From positions 1,081-65,080 of the forward strand of contig PTKZ01000008.1 in the NCBI GenBank assembly GCA_002938205.1: a stretch of 64,000 nucleotides of DNA, read 5' to 3'. The notes below the pieces were generated by a model. It made no database searches. It was not told the origin of the DNA and was given only the letters and a program-made list of their open reading frames with translations. Both the position numbers and the translations under genes were made by a program. Shown piece after piece: positions 31,659-40,901 of this stretch (position 1 is its first letter; each line of letters opens with the position of its first letter). Source of the stretch: Alphaproteobacteria bacterium MarineAlpha5_Bin5. GTDB taxonomy: Bacteria > Pseudomonadota > Alphaproteobacteria > HIMB59 > GCA-002718135.

Positions 31659-32132
31659 ATGAATAAAATACCAATGACTGAGGGTGGATTTCAAAAATTG
31701 CAATTAGAACTTAAAAAACTTGTAAATGAAGAAAGACCCAATATAATTACTGCTATTTCCGAGGCAAGAAGTCATGGAGATTTATCAGAAAATGCGGAAT
31801 ATCAATATGCAAAAGAACAGCAAAGCTTAATCGAAGGAAAAATTGCAGATTTAGAAAGTATTATTGGTCGAGTTGAGGTAATTGATGTTAAATCTATTGC
31901 TAGTGATGAAATTAGATTTGGTGCAACAGTTGAAATATTAGATGATGAAAATAAATCTAAATCCAAATATCAAATTGTAGGTGATTATGAATCAGATATT
32001 GAAAACAAAAAATTATCGATTTCTAGTCCATTAGCAAAAGGCCTTATAGGTAAATCGGCTGAAGATATCGTGGAAATAAATAGTCCAAAAGGATTGAAAA
32101 CATATACTGTAATTTCAGTAAAATACATTTGA
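31659..32132 (+). CDS. greA: Transcription elongation factor GreA
   Basis: 157 aa. The GDLSENAEY motif sits at the coiled-coil tip. Confidence 0.93.
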   Translation: MNKIPMTEGGFQKLQLELKKLVNEERPNIITAISEARSHGDLSENAEYQYAKEQQSLIEGKIADLESIIGRVEVIDVKSIASDEIRFGATVEILDDENKSKSKYQIVGDYESDIENKKLSISSPLAKGLIGKSAEDIVEINSPKGLKTYTVISVKYI

Positions 32133-33088
32133 TTTTAAATAATTATAAAATTTGGTCTCTAACAGATGGATCACAAGGAATGCGAAGTCAAGCAAATGGA
32201 CTAGCTATGGAATTGGGTTCTGATATACATGAAATCAAAACTGAATTGTTGTTTCCATGGAGTAAGTTACAACCTGGTATTTTGCCTACTTTTAATTGGA
32301 TATTTAGAAATCAAATACCAGAAAATAAATTACCTAAAATTTTAATTAGTTGTGGTAGAAAAAGTGTATACTTATCTCTTTATTTAAAAAAAAAATTTAA
32401 AGATATAATTAATATTCATATACAAAATCCAAAAATATCGTTTGAAAAATTTAATTTTATAATTGCACCTAATCATGATGGAATTAAAGGACCTAATGTA
32501 ATAAATTCCATAGGTGCTTTGCATCAATTTAATTCTGAAAATAATATATTAACAATTAGTAATATTAATTTACCAAAAAATAATCTTTTATCGTGTTTTA
32601 TTGGTGGTGAAAATCAACATTATAAATTTAGCGAGAAAGAAATTAATAACTTATGTAATGAATTACTAACTACCGTTAAAGCGAATCCAAAACTTAATTT
32701 GTTAGTAATAACTTCAAGAAGAACAAATAATATTACAAAACGAATTTTAAATAAAAAATTAAATGGAATTGCTTCGATTTGGACAGGTGAAGGTGAGAAT
32801 CCATATTTTTTTGCAATAAAATATTCTTCATTTTTTGTATTAACTTCTGACTCAACATCAATGATTTCTGAATCTGCTATTTCTGGAAAACCCATTTACG
32901 TTTATCATTTACCGTACAAAAGAATTAGTAAAAGACTCCAGTATTTTCATAATGAGTTCAAAAATCTCAATATTACAAGAGATTTTAATAATATTAAAAA
33001 ATTAGATGAGTGGAAATACAAGCCCCTAAATGAAACAAAAAGAATCGCTGGTATTATAAAAAAAAGAATTATAGAAGAAGATTTATGA
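32129..33088 (+). CDS. ELM1/DUF1022 family protein (GT-B-like, function unknown)
   Basis: 319 aa. N-terminal IWSLTDGSQGMRSQANGLA matches the family motif as I remember it (vW.ltDg..G.enQ..GLa). ISCGRK is also typical. The apparent start is TTG at 32129, overlapping the greA TGA by 4 nt. Confidence 0.55.
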   Translation: MILNNYKIWSLTDGSQGMRSQANGLAMELGSDIHEIKTELLFPWSKLQPGILPTFNWIFRNQIPENKLPKILISCGRKSVYLSLYLKKKFKDIINIHIQNPKISFEKFNFIIAPNHDGIKGPNVINSIGALHQFNSENNILTISNINLPKNNLLSCFIGGENQHYKFSEKEINNLCNELLTTVKANPKLNLLVITSRRTNNITKRILNKKLNGIASIWTGEGENPYFFAIKYSSFFVLTSDSTSMISESAISGKPIYVYHLPYKRISKRLQYFHNEFKNLNITRDFNNIKKLDEWKYKPLNETKRIAGIIKKRIIEEDL

Positions 33089-33699
33089 ATCTTGAGAATT
33101 TAATATGCACAGAACTTCCCTTTAAACATTGGGAATTCAATAATTTTTTAGATGAAAATACTCTTAATGAAATTTCTTATTCTAGTATTCCTGATGGTGA
33201 AAGATCCTATGATGGAACAAGAGCTGCAGATAATACAGGCAAGGGGCTAGACGGAAAATTAAGATTATTTATAAATAATGAAAACTTCGAACAATTTCCT
33301 AATTTAACTAAATTAATTAATAAGTTACAAAGTAAAGCTGTATTTAATAAAATATCAAAACTAATTAATAAAAATTTAGATAATTCTTTTGTCAGATTAG
33401 AATTAATTGGAGATAAAAAAGGTTTTTGGCTTAAACCACATAAAGATATACCAGAAAAGCTTATGACCATGATGTTATGGGCAAATCCATATAATGAATC
33501 TGTATCTCTGGGCACTGATCTATATGATAAAGATTATCAAAGAGTAAAAACTGTTAAATATATTCATAATTCAGGATATTTTTTTTCATCAGGAGAAGAT
33601 ACATGGCATGGTTTGGAATTAAAAGAGATAAAAAAAGAGCGCAGATGTATACAAATCAATTATGTTACTTTTGAAACTGACTGGCCTGTTGAAAAATAA
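33085..33699 (+). CDS. Putative 2OG-Fe(II) oxygenase superfamily protein
   Basis: 204 aa. N-terminal PFKHWEFNNFL, then a candidate HxD (PHKD), a distal His (TWHG) and Arg (RRCIQINY) in the expected order for a facial triad. ATGA overlap with the upstream gene. Confidence 0.45.
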   Translation: MNLENLICTELPFKHWEFNNFLDENTLNEISYSSIPDGERSYDGTRAADNTGKGLDGKLRLFINNENFEQFPNLTKLINKLQSKAVFNKISKLINKNLDNSFVRLELIGDKKGFWLKPHKDIPEKLMTMMLWANPYNESVSLGTDLYDKDYQRVKTVKYIHNSGYFFSSGEDTWHGLELKEIKKERRCIQINYVTFETDWPVEK

Positions 33700-33723
33700 A
33701 TATAAATTATCATATAAAAATTT

Positions 33724-34668
33724 ATGATTAAAAAAATTCAGACTAACATTGTTATAATAGGATCAGGCCCAGCTGGATATACTGCTGCTATTTATGCAGC
33801 AAGAGCTAATCTTAAACCTCACTTAATTTCCGGCTTAGAACCTGGGGGGCAATTAACAATAACTACAGATGTAGAAAATTATCCTGGTTTTGGGGATGTT
33901 ATTCAAGGACCGTGGTTAATGGAACAAATGAAAAAACAAGCATTAAAAGTAGGTACAAATATTCATAGTGATATAGTAACTAAAGTAAATTTTGCAAATA
34001 AACCATTTCTAGCATCCACAGATTCAGGTTTAGAATTTGAATCAAAAAGTATAATTATTTCAACAGGAGCACAAGCAAGGTGGTTAAATTTAGAAAGTGA
34101 AAAAAAATTTAAAGGTTTTGGAATATCTGCATGCGCAACATGTGATGGATTTTTTTTTAAAGATCAAAATGTAATTGTTGTTGGAGGTGGAAATAGTGCT
34201 GTGGAAGAAGCTCTATTCTTAACAAATTTTGCTTCAAAAGTTACATTAATTCATAGACGAGATAAACTTAGAGCGGAAAAAATATTACAAGATAGATTAT
34301 TCAATAATAAAAAAATTGAAATAATATGGAATCATAAAGTTAAAGAATTTATTGGCAATGATGGGCCAGTTTCCTTAAAAAAAGTTAAATTAGAAAATAC
34401 AAAAGATGGTTCTGAGAAATTATTAGAAACCTCTGGTGCCTTTATTGCCATTGGTCATGATCCAGCGACCTCTTTATTTAAAGGTGAATTAGAAATGGAT
34501 AATGAAAACTACATAATTACTAAACCAGATAGTACAGAAACTAGTATTAAAGGTATTTATGCAGCTGGAGATGTTAAGGATAAAATCTTCAGACAAGCAG
34601 TTACTGCTGCAGGTATGGGCTGTATGGCTGCTTTAGAAGCGGAAAAATTTTTATCTGAGATAGATTAA
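33724..34668 (+). CDS. trxB: Thioredoxin-disulfide reductase
   Basis: 314 aa. FAD motif [12 protein letters not shown], redox-active CATCDG, NADPH motif [12 protein letters not shown]. Confidence 0.95.
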   Translation: MIKKIQTNIVIIGSGPAGYTAAIYAARANLKPHLISGLEPGGQLTITTDVENYPGFGDVIQGPWLMEQMKKQALKVGTNIHSDIVTKVNFANKPFLASTDSGLEFESKSIIISTGAQARWLNLESEKKFKGFGISACATCDGFFFKDQNVIVVGGGNSAVEEALFLTNFASKVTLIHRRDKLRAEKILQDRLFNNKKIEIIWNHKVKEFIGNDGPVSLKKVKLENTKDGSEKLLETSGAFIAIGHDPATSLFKGELEMDNENYIITKPDSTETSIKGIYAAGDVKDKIFRQAVTAAGMGCMAALEAEKFLSEID

Positions 34669-34790
34669 CCTTGACGTGCCTTCATTCTAGGATTTTTTTT
34701 ATTAATTATGTATATTCTTCCTTTTCTTCTAACTAATTTACAATCTTTATCCCTCATTTTAGCTGATTTTAAAGAACAACGAACTTTCAT
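34665..34790 (-). CDS. rpmJ: 50S ribosomal protein L36 (zinc-independent, YkgO-like type)
   Basis: Not in the ORF track (41 aa). Hand translation gives [41 protein letters not shown]. This is the canonical L36 frame (MKVR.S.K...RRKGR.Y.I....PR.KARQG) without the CxxC...CxxxxH zinc ligands. Its stop shares TTAA (34665-34668) with trxB. Confidence 0.88.
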   Translation of the reverse strand: MKVRCSLKSAKMRDKDCKLVRRKGRIYIINKKNPRMKARQG

Positions 34791-34853
34791 AATGATTGAG
34801 GCTAATAAATTCTAGGATTAATTTTGTCAAACATATATTAATATTCCTATTTT

Positions 34854-36440
34854 ATGCGCAAAATTTATCAGTCAGGTAGATCAAATGTTCTAGCTCAAAA
34901 TGGCCTAGCTGCTACTTCACAACCTCTTAGCACTCAAGAGGCTATTTCAATACTTAAAATGGGAGGGAATGCTGTAGATGCTGCAATAGCGGCTTCCGCT
35001 GTATTAGCTGTAGTAGAGCCTTCTTCCACAGGTATTGGGGGGGATTGTTTTGCCATAATATCAATGAAAGATAAGGCGCCAATAGCAGTAAATGGATCTG
35101 GTATTGCACCAAAAAAATATAACTTGGAATATTTTAAAACAAACAAGATAGCGAAAATAGGTTTAACTAGTCCGCACTCAGTAACAATTCCGGGTAGTGT
35201 TGATGCATGGTATAAAATGCATAATCGTTTCGGCAAACTGGATTTTCAACAATTGTTTATTACTGCAGAGAATTATGCACGTAACGGTTTTCCTGTTCAT
35301 GAAGTTGAAGCTTTGGCATGGGAAAAAAATTTCAATAAACTAAAAATATATGAGGATACAAAAAAAAAATTTTTACCAAATAACAATCCCCCAAAATTTG
35401 GAGATATTTTTCGAAATATTCCACTAGCTGAAAGTTTAAAAAAAATATCAATAAATGGGCCGAAAGTTTTTTATGAAGGAGAAATAACAAAAGATATTGT
35501 AAAAACTCTTAATAATATAGGAGGTCTTCATAGTGAGGAAGATTTTTTTAATCAAAAAACACTATTTACAGATACAGTTTCAGATAATTATAAAGAATAT
35601 AAAATCCATCAATGCCCTCTTAATGGACCAGGCATCATACAACTAATGATGATGGCTCTTTTAGAAATGTTTGACTTTAAAAATATTGAAGCCAAAAGTG
35701 CAGAAAGATATCACATTCAAGCTGAAATTAGTAAAGTTTGTTTTGAATTTAAAGAAACTGAGCTTGGAGATCCTAAATTTGTTGAGATGAAAATAAAAAA
35801 AATTTTATCAAATTCCTTTTTAGAAAAATTGTACAAAAAGATAAAACTAAATCAGATTTTTAAATCAAAAGCTGCGTATGTGACTTCACATCCTGAAACA
35901 GTATACTTAACAGTTGTAGATAAAGATCTTAATGCTGTATCTTTTATTAATTCTATATGTCATGCTTTTGGCAGTGCAATAACGTCAAAAAATTCAGGAA
36001 TATTAATGCAAAATAGAGGAGTAAATTTTAGATTAGAAAATAATCATCCAAATGCAATTGATGGCCATAAAAGACCTTTGCATACAATTATTCCAGGTAT
36101 GCTAACAAATATGGATAACCAAGCAATATTATCATATGGTGTCATGGGAGGTCAATATCAGCCGATTGGGCAAGCACATTTATTACAAAACATTTTTGAA
36201 TATAATATGAATATTCAAGAGGCAATTGAGTTTCCGAGAACATTTGCACTTAATGAAAAACTGAAAATAGAAAAATCAATACCTTTAGAAATTGTTAATC
36301 AGTTAAAAAATATAGGTTACAGCATCGAATATACAGAAGATGCCATAGGTGGCGGTCAGGCTATTTATATAGATAGAAAAAAAGGTGTATTAATAGCGGG
36401 TTCTGACTCTAGAAAAGATGGTTTAGCTATTGGATATTAG
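34854..36440 (+). CDS. ggt: Gamma-glutamyltransferase family protein (no obvious signal peptide)
   Basis: 528 aa. AVDAAIAASAVLAVVEP near the N-terminus, a candidate autoprocessing site at HPE/TVYLTVVD, and a C-terminal GGG.A. region. Confidence 0.85.
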   Translation: MRKIYQSGRSNVLAQNGLAATSQPLSTQEAISILKMGGNAVDAAIAASAVLAVVEPSSTGIGGDCFAIISMKDKAPIAVNGSGIAPKKYNLEYFKTNKIAKIGLTSPHSVTIPGSVDAWYKMHNRFGKLDFQQLFITAENYARNGFPVHEVEALAWEKNFNKLKIYEDTKKKFLPNNNPPKFGDIFRNIPLAESLKKISINGPKVFYEGEITKDIVKTLNNIGGLHSEEDFFNQKTLFTDTVSDNYKEYKIHQCPLNGPGIIQLMMMALLEMFDFKNIEAKSAERYHIQAEISKVCFEFKETELGDPKFVEMKIKKILSNSFLEKLYKKIKLNQIFKSKAAYVTSHPETVYLTVVDKDLNAVSFINSICHAFGSAITSKNSGILMQNRGVNFRLENNHPNAIDGHKRPLHTIIPGMLTNMDNQAILSYGVMGGQYQPIGQAHLLQNIFEYNMNIQEAIEFPRTFALNEKLKIEKSIPLEIVNQLKNIGYSIEYTEDAIGGGQAIYIDRKKGVLIAGSDSRKDGLAIGY

Positions 36441-37478
36441 TTAAAATTTTCCAAAAGTATCATTATATTGATTACTCACTCTAACAAAAGTCGTACACTT
36501 ACTTAACTGCTTTAAAGTGGGTGCTCCAACGTATGTACAACTACTTCTAATTCCGCCTAGAATATCTTTAAGTGTCTTATCAAGTGAATCTCTAAATGAA
36601 ATTTTTACTTTTTTACCTTCCGAAGATCGATAATCCGCTAATCCACCATAATGCTTTTCATTTGCTTCTTCTGAACTTGAACCATAAAACTCAATAAATT
36701 TTTCTCCATTAGTTTTTATAATTTTACCACCTCCTTCTTTGTGCCCTGCAAGCATTCCACCTAGCATTACAAAATCTGCACCTGCGCCAAATCCTTTTGC
36801 TACATCGCCTGGACACGTACATCCTCCATCAGCAATAATATGAGCTCCTAATCCATGTGCAGCATCAGCGCATTCCAAAACAGCGCTTAGTTGAGGATAA
36901 CCTACTCCGGTTTGAATTCTTGTTGTGCATACGCTACCTGGCCCAATACCAACCTTAACAATATCAGCTCCGCTTAAAACTAATTCTTGTGTCATATCTG
37001 CAGTTACAACATTTCCAGCAATTATTGTTTTTTTGGGATGTTGCTTTCTGACTTCTGATACAAATTTACTAAAATTCTCTGAGTATCCATTAGCTACATC
37101 TATACATATAAATTGAAACTTAGGAAACTTAGATAGAATCTTATTAAGCCTCTTATAACTATCTTTGCTTGTACCACAACTTAAGGCTACTAAATTATGA
37201 ATCAATTTAGTACTATTAATTTTACTTATATCTCTAGTCTGATGTTGTTTTGTAAGAGCAGTCATTAGTTTGTATAAAGCTAATTTTTTTGCAACTTCAA
37301 TTTCGCCTACACCGTCCATATTGGCACCAATAATGGGGATACCTTCCCATATAAATTTTGAATGTTTGAAATGATATTTCCTTTTAAGATCTACCTCTCT
37401 TCGACTTTTGAGGGTGCTTCTTTTGGGTCTAAATAGCACATCTGAATAATCTAGTTTAATTTCTTCTTCAATTCTCAT
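36441..37478 (-). CDS. guaC: GMP reductase
   Basis: 345 aa. [23 protein letters not shown] is the GuaC N-terminus. IMPDH/GMPR barrel motifs [12 protein letters not shown] and GGCTCPGD. Confidence 0.92.
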   Translation of the reverse strand: MRIEEEIKLDYSDVLFRPKRSTLKSRREVDLKRKYHFKHSKFIWEGIPIIGANMDGVGEIEVAKKLALYKLMTALTKQHQTRDISKINSTKLIHNLVALSCGTSKDSYKRLNKILSKFPKFQFICIDVANGYSENFSKFVSEVRKQHPKKTIIAGNVVTADMTQELVLSGADIVKVGIGPGSVCTTRIQTGVGYPQLSAVLECADAAHGLGAHIIADGGCTCPGDVAKGFGAGADFVMLGGMLAGHKEGGGKIIKTNGEKFIEFYGSSSEEANEKHYGGLADYRSSEGKKVKISFRDSLDKTLKDILGGIRSSCTYVGAPTLKQLSKCTTFVRVSNQYNDTFGKF

Positions 37479-37531
37479 AAAAATATTCGATTTAAATTAA
37501 TAAATAATTTACAAATTAAAACAAATATAAA

Positions 37532-38413
37532 ATGAAATTAAATACCTTAATAAATTCTAATAAAGTCGAATTTGATATATTTTACAGAAAATTGTTATCT
37601 AAACAACTAAACAATTCAATTTTAGCAAAAGCGATGAAATATGGTTCTATGAATGGAGGTAAAAGAATAAGACCGTTTCTAGTAAGAGAAGCATGCAAAA
37701 TTGTAAAAATTAATAAAAAAATTATGTTAATATTAGCTGCATCTGTAGAATCTATTCATTCTTATTCTTTAATTCACGATGATTTACCTAGTATGGATAA
37801 TGATGATTATAGACGTGGTAAACTTAGTACTCACAAAAAATTTGATGAAGCCACAGCAATACTTGCTGGAGATGCTCTACATGATTTTGCATTTGAATTA
37901 ATATCCAGTAACCTAAAAAAAGTTGATTCTAAAATAAATTTAAAAATCATTAATTTTTTATCAAAATCAACTGGACATAATGGATTAGCTGGCGGACAGT
38001 CAAAAGATCTTTATTATGAGAATAAGGATGTAAAAACTACGAATATTCTTGATATGTATGAGAAGAAAACTGGTAAACTCTTTGAATTTGCGTTTAGTTC
38101 ACCTTTTATATTAGCAAATGAATCCAAAGACAGAATAACGTTTAGTAAAAAATATGGATTATTGTTTGGATTAATTTTTCAAATAATAGATGATTTATTA
38201 GATGACATGAATTCATTTGAAAATATAGGAAAAACTCCTGGTAAAGATAAAAAACAAGGCAAGAGCACTCTTCTAAATATTTTGGGCAAAGAAAAAGTAA
38301 TAAATTTTTGTAATAAAAAAATAAAAAAATTCATAAAACTGAATAAAAAAGAATTTAATAATAATCCTAATCTAGAAGAATTGCTAAACTACAATTTAAA
38401 AAGAGCAAACTAA
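37532..38413 (+). CDS. ispA: Polyprenyl (farnesyl/geranylgeranyl) diphosphate synthase
   Basis: 293 aa. First Asp-rich motif IHDDLPSMDNDDYRRGK and second motif IIDDLLD. Confidence 0.9.
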   Translation: MKLNTLINSNKVEFDIFYRKLLSKQLNNSILAKAMKYGSMNGGKRIRPFLVREACKIVKINKKIMLILAASVESIHSYSLIHDDLPSMDNDDYRRGKLSTHKKFDEATAILAGDALHDFAFELISSNLKKVDSKINLKIINFLSKSTGHNGLAGGQSKDLYYENKDVKTTNILDMYEKKTGKLFEFAFSSPFILANESKDRITFSKKYGLLFGLIFQIIDDLLDDMNSFENIGKTPGKDKKQGKSTLLNILGKEKVINFCNKKIKKFIKLNKKEFNNNPNLEELLNYNLKRAN

Positions 38414-38814
38414 CTTAAAATTTTTTTTGAAATTAAAATTCCTATGAATGCGGAAAAGGCTGTTAAAGAACCGCCCCAAATCATATCAACAATAACCACA
38501 ATTGGTGACCATCCTTTTATAGTAGCCATATTTGTTAAGTTGTAAGTACCATAAGCTACTAAACCAAACACAAAACCACTGTAAATGGCTTTAAAAAAAG
38601 ATCCAGAGTCAATAGATGGCTGAATTACTATTATAGCTAAACCAATAACATAAATTATATAAAATAAAGTAGCTGCCCATAACACAGGTTTATCTAAAAG
38701 TAAGTGGCCAATATTTGGTCTATAAAAATGTTTTACTGCAAAACTAAGCCAAATTACATCTATTAATAAAAATATTAATGAAGCTATTAAAGTTGAAAGT
38801 AATATAATTTTCAT
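38410..38814 (-). CDS. DUF2177-like small integral membrane protein
   Basis: 134 aa with four predicted TM helices. The family assignment is from memory of sequence style and is not verified. Confidence 0.45.
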   Translation of the reverse strand: MKIILLSTLIASLIFLLIDVIWLSFAVKHFYRPNIGHLLLDKPVLWAATLFYIIYVIGLAIIVIQPSIDSGSFFKAIYSGFVFGLVAYGTYNLTNMATIKGWSPIVVIVDMIWGGSLTAFSAFIGILISKKILS

Positions 38815-38904
38815 AATTTAAATTTTATTTAAAAAAATTTTTCTATAAAGAAAAATTCAAAGTGTCAAACCTATAATTACAAATTAAATTAATTAAACAA
38901 AAAA

Positions 38905-39780
38905 TTAATACTTTCCTATTTTTTTAGAATCTTTATATAATATTTTTTGTAGTTCTTTGTTAGCCTTATCACGTAAAATTAAATCATTTTTATCCATAAA
39001 TTTGGTCGGTTTCGATATATGTTTGTGATATTTATACTTGTCTATACCTCTGCCTAGTTGAACATAGGTATTTCCATTTTTTTGCTTAACATTAGCTCCT
39101 ATATAACTTTGAATAGCAAAACCAATTCTTCTAGATTTACTAAGATTTGGACCAGAGCCATGTACAGTCATTGGATGATGGATTGATAACTGACCAGCTT
39201 TTAAAATAATAGGAACAGTTTCTTTTAAAGGAACATTTTCTATAGTTTGACCACGGGTCAATAAATTATTTTTATCAAATGTATCCTTATGTTTTTTAAA
39301 CTTGTTTTTGTGTGAACCTGGCCACATTCTCATACAACCATTAGATTCATTTACATCAGTTATTGCTATCCATGCAGTAATAGAGTTATAGGGTTTCCAT
39401 CCTTGATAAATTCCATCTTGATGCCAGCTAATAAATCCTTTGTTTTCTGGTTCTTTTAAAAATAAAACACTTCCTGCGACTAAAATATTATGACCTATAA
39501 AACTTTCAACTACATTTAAGATTTTAAAATTGTGAGCTAATTCACTAAAAAGAGTTGAAAAATAATGTATATTGTTTCTATTTAAGCCATTTATTTGATT
39601 TGGCCATTTTTTTTCAATATTATTGAGTTCTTCTCTCAACTGAATTACTTCATATGAAGAAAGTATATTTATTGGAGATAAATAACCATTTTCATTATAT
39701 TTTTTGATTTTAGTATCTGTTAATCTATTATTTTGCATGAATACAAAATTAATATCATTAAATTTATAAAATGTTGACAA
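38905..39780 (-). CDS. Phytanoyl-CoA dioxygenase (PhyH) family Fe(II)/2OG oxygenase
   Basis: 291 aa. The WHQD (HxD) motif and a distal HHPMTVHGSGPN..SRRIG are typical of PhyH. The true start may be the internal MQNNR at 39738. Confidence 0.75.
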   Translation of the reverse strand: MSTFYKFNDINFVFMQNNRLTDTKIKKYNENGYLSPINILSSYEVIQLREELNNIEKKWPNQINGLNRNNIHYFSTLFSELAHNFKILNVVESFIGHNILVAGSVLFLKEPENKGFISWHQDGIYQGWKPYNSITAWIAITDVNESNGCMRMWPGSHKNKFKKHKDTFDKNNLLTRGQTIENVPLKETVPIILKAGQLSIHHPMTVHGSGPNLSKSRRIGFAIQSYIGANVKQKNGNTYVQLGRGIDKYKYHKHISKPTKFMDKNDLILRDKANKELQKILYKDSKKIGKY

Positions 39781-39806
39781 ATTTAAAGTAATTAAATTTT
39801 AAATAA

Positions 39807-39881
39807 TGGTGGGTGCGACAGGGATTGAACCTGTGACCCCTGCCGTGTCGAGGCAGTGCTCTACCGCTGAGCTACGCACCC
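39807..39881 (-). tRNA. tRNA-Val (GAC anticodon), CCA encoded, with C at position 33
   Basis: Folded by hand as GGGTGCG TA GCTC AGCGGTA GAGC A CTGCC TCGACAC GGCAG GGGTC ACAGG TTCAATC CCTGT CGCACCC A CCA. All stems pair perfectly. The 7-nt anticodon loop is T-C-GAC-A-C. Confidence 0.85.
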
Positions 39882-39935
39882 TTTTTTATTAATTTAATTA
39901 TTCTAAAATTAGAATAAATCTATAAAAAATATCTT

Positions 39936-40436
39936 ATGCAATGTAGGATTAGAAAAGTGAGCCAAAAAGACTTAAGTGAAGCTCTTTATATATATAATTA
40001 TTATATTGAGCATTCATTTTCTAATTTCGAAGAACACAAAATCACATTACAAAAATTTAAATCTGAGTATAAAAAAATCATTTCAAAAAAACTACCATAT
40101 TTAGTAGCAGAGATAAATAATCGTGTCGTAGGACTGGCATATTTAAATAATTATAGATTTAAAAGTGGGTATAAATATACTTTTGAAAATTCAATATATA
40201 TTCATCCAAATTTTATAAACAAAGGAATTGGAAGCAAATTGATAAAAAAATTAATATCTTTATCTAAGAAAAATAAAAATATTAATAATATTGTAGCTGT
40301 AATTGGTGATTCAAGGAATAAAATATCTATAAAAATACACAAAAAGATTGGCTTTAAGAAAATAGGTATTTTAAAACGAATTGGTTTCAAAAAAAATAAA
40401 TGGATTGACTCAGTTTATATGCAACTTCAAATATGA
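39936..40436 (+). CDS. GNAT family N-acetyltransferase (phosphinothricin acetyltransferase-like)
   Basis: 166 aa. The acetyl-CoA-binding segment is (Q/R)xxGxG/A-like, NKGIGSKLIKKL. Overall layout fits PAT-like GNATs. Confidence 0.75.
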   Translation: MQCRIRKVSQKDLSEALYIYNYYIEHSFSNFEEHKITLQKFKSEYKKIISKKLPYLVAEINNRVVGLAYLNNYRFKSGYKYTFENSIYIHPNFINKGIGSKLIKKLISLSKKNKNINNIVAVIGDSRNKISIKIHKKIGFKKIGILKRIGFKKNKWIDSVYMQLQI

Positions 40437-40897
40437 AAAAAATAAATAAAATAAACTATAAAAAAACTTTATCAAAATTTCCTACTGGCGTTACAGTAAT
40501 TGCTATTAATAGTGCTAATAAACCTATAGGTAAAACTGTAAATTCTTTTACTTCTTTATCATTATCTCCTCCATTGATTTTATTTTCTTTAAGTAAGAAG
40601 TCTTCTTCAATAAATAGTTTTAAAAAAACCACATATTTAAGCATTAATGTTTTAAGTAAAAAACAAAAAGATATATCCATAAATTTTGCTAAAACAAAAT
40701 CTCAATGGAAAAATATAAAATTTATAAATAGCCAACTTAATACTCCAATTATAAAAAATTGTATTTCAAATTTAGAATGTCAGATATTTAAATTAATACC
40801 TGCAGGTGATCATATTATTTTTATTTGTAGGGTTATAAATATTTTAAATAATCACAAGTTAACTCCCCTAATATATTATAATTCTTCATATTTATAA
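40433..40897 (+). CDS. Flavin reductase-like (FMN-binding split-barrel) protein
   Basis: 154 aa. FPTGVTVIAI......G.TVNSFTSLSLSPPLILFSL is the flavin_reduct signature. ATGA-coupled to the GNAT gene. Confidence 0.75.
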   Translation: MKKINKINYKKTLSKFPTGVTVIAINSANKPIGKTVNSFTSLSLSPPLILFSLSKKSSSINSFKKTTYLSINVLSKKQKDISINFAKTKSQWKNIKFINSQLNTPIIKNCISNLECQIFKLIPAGDHIIFICRVINILNNHKLTPLIYYNSSYL

Positions 40898-40901
40898 AAA
40901 A

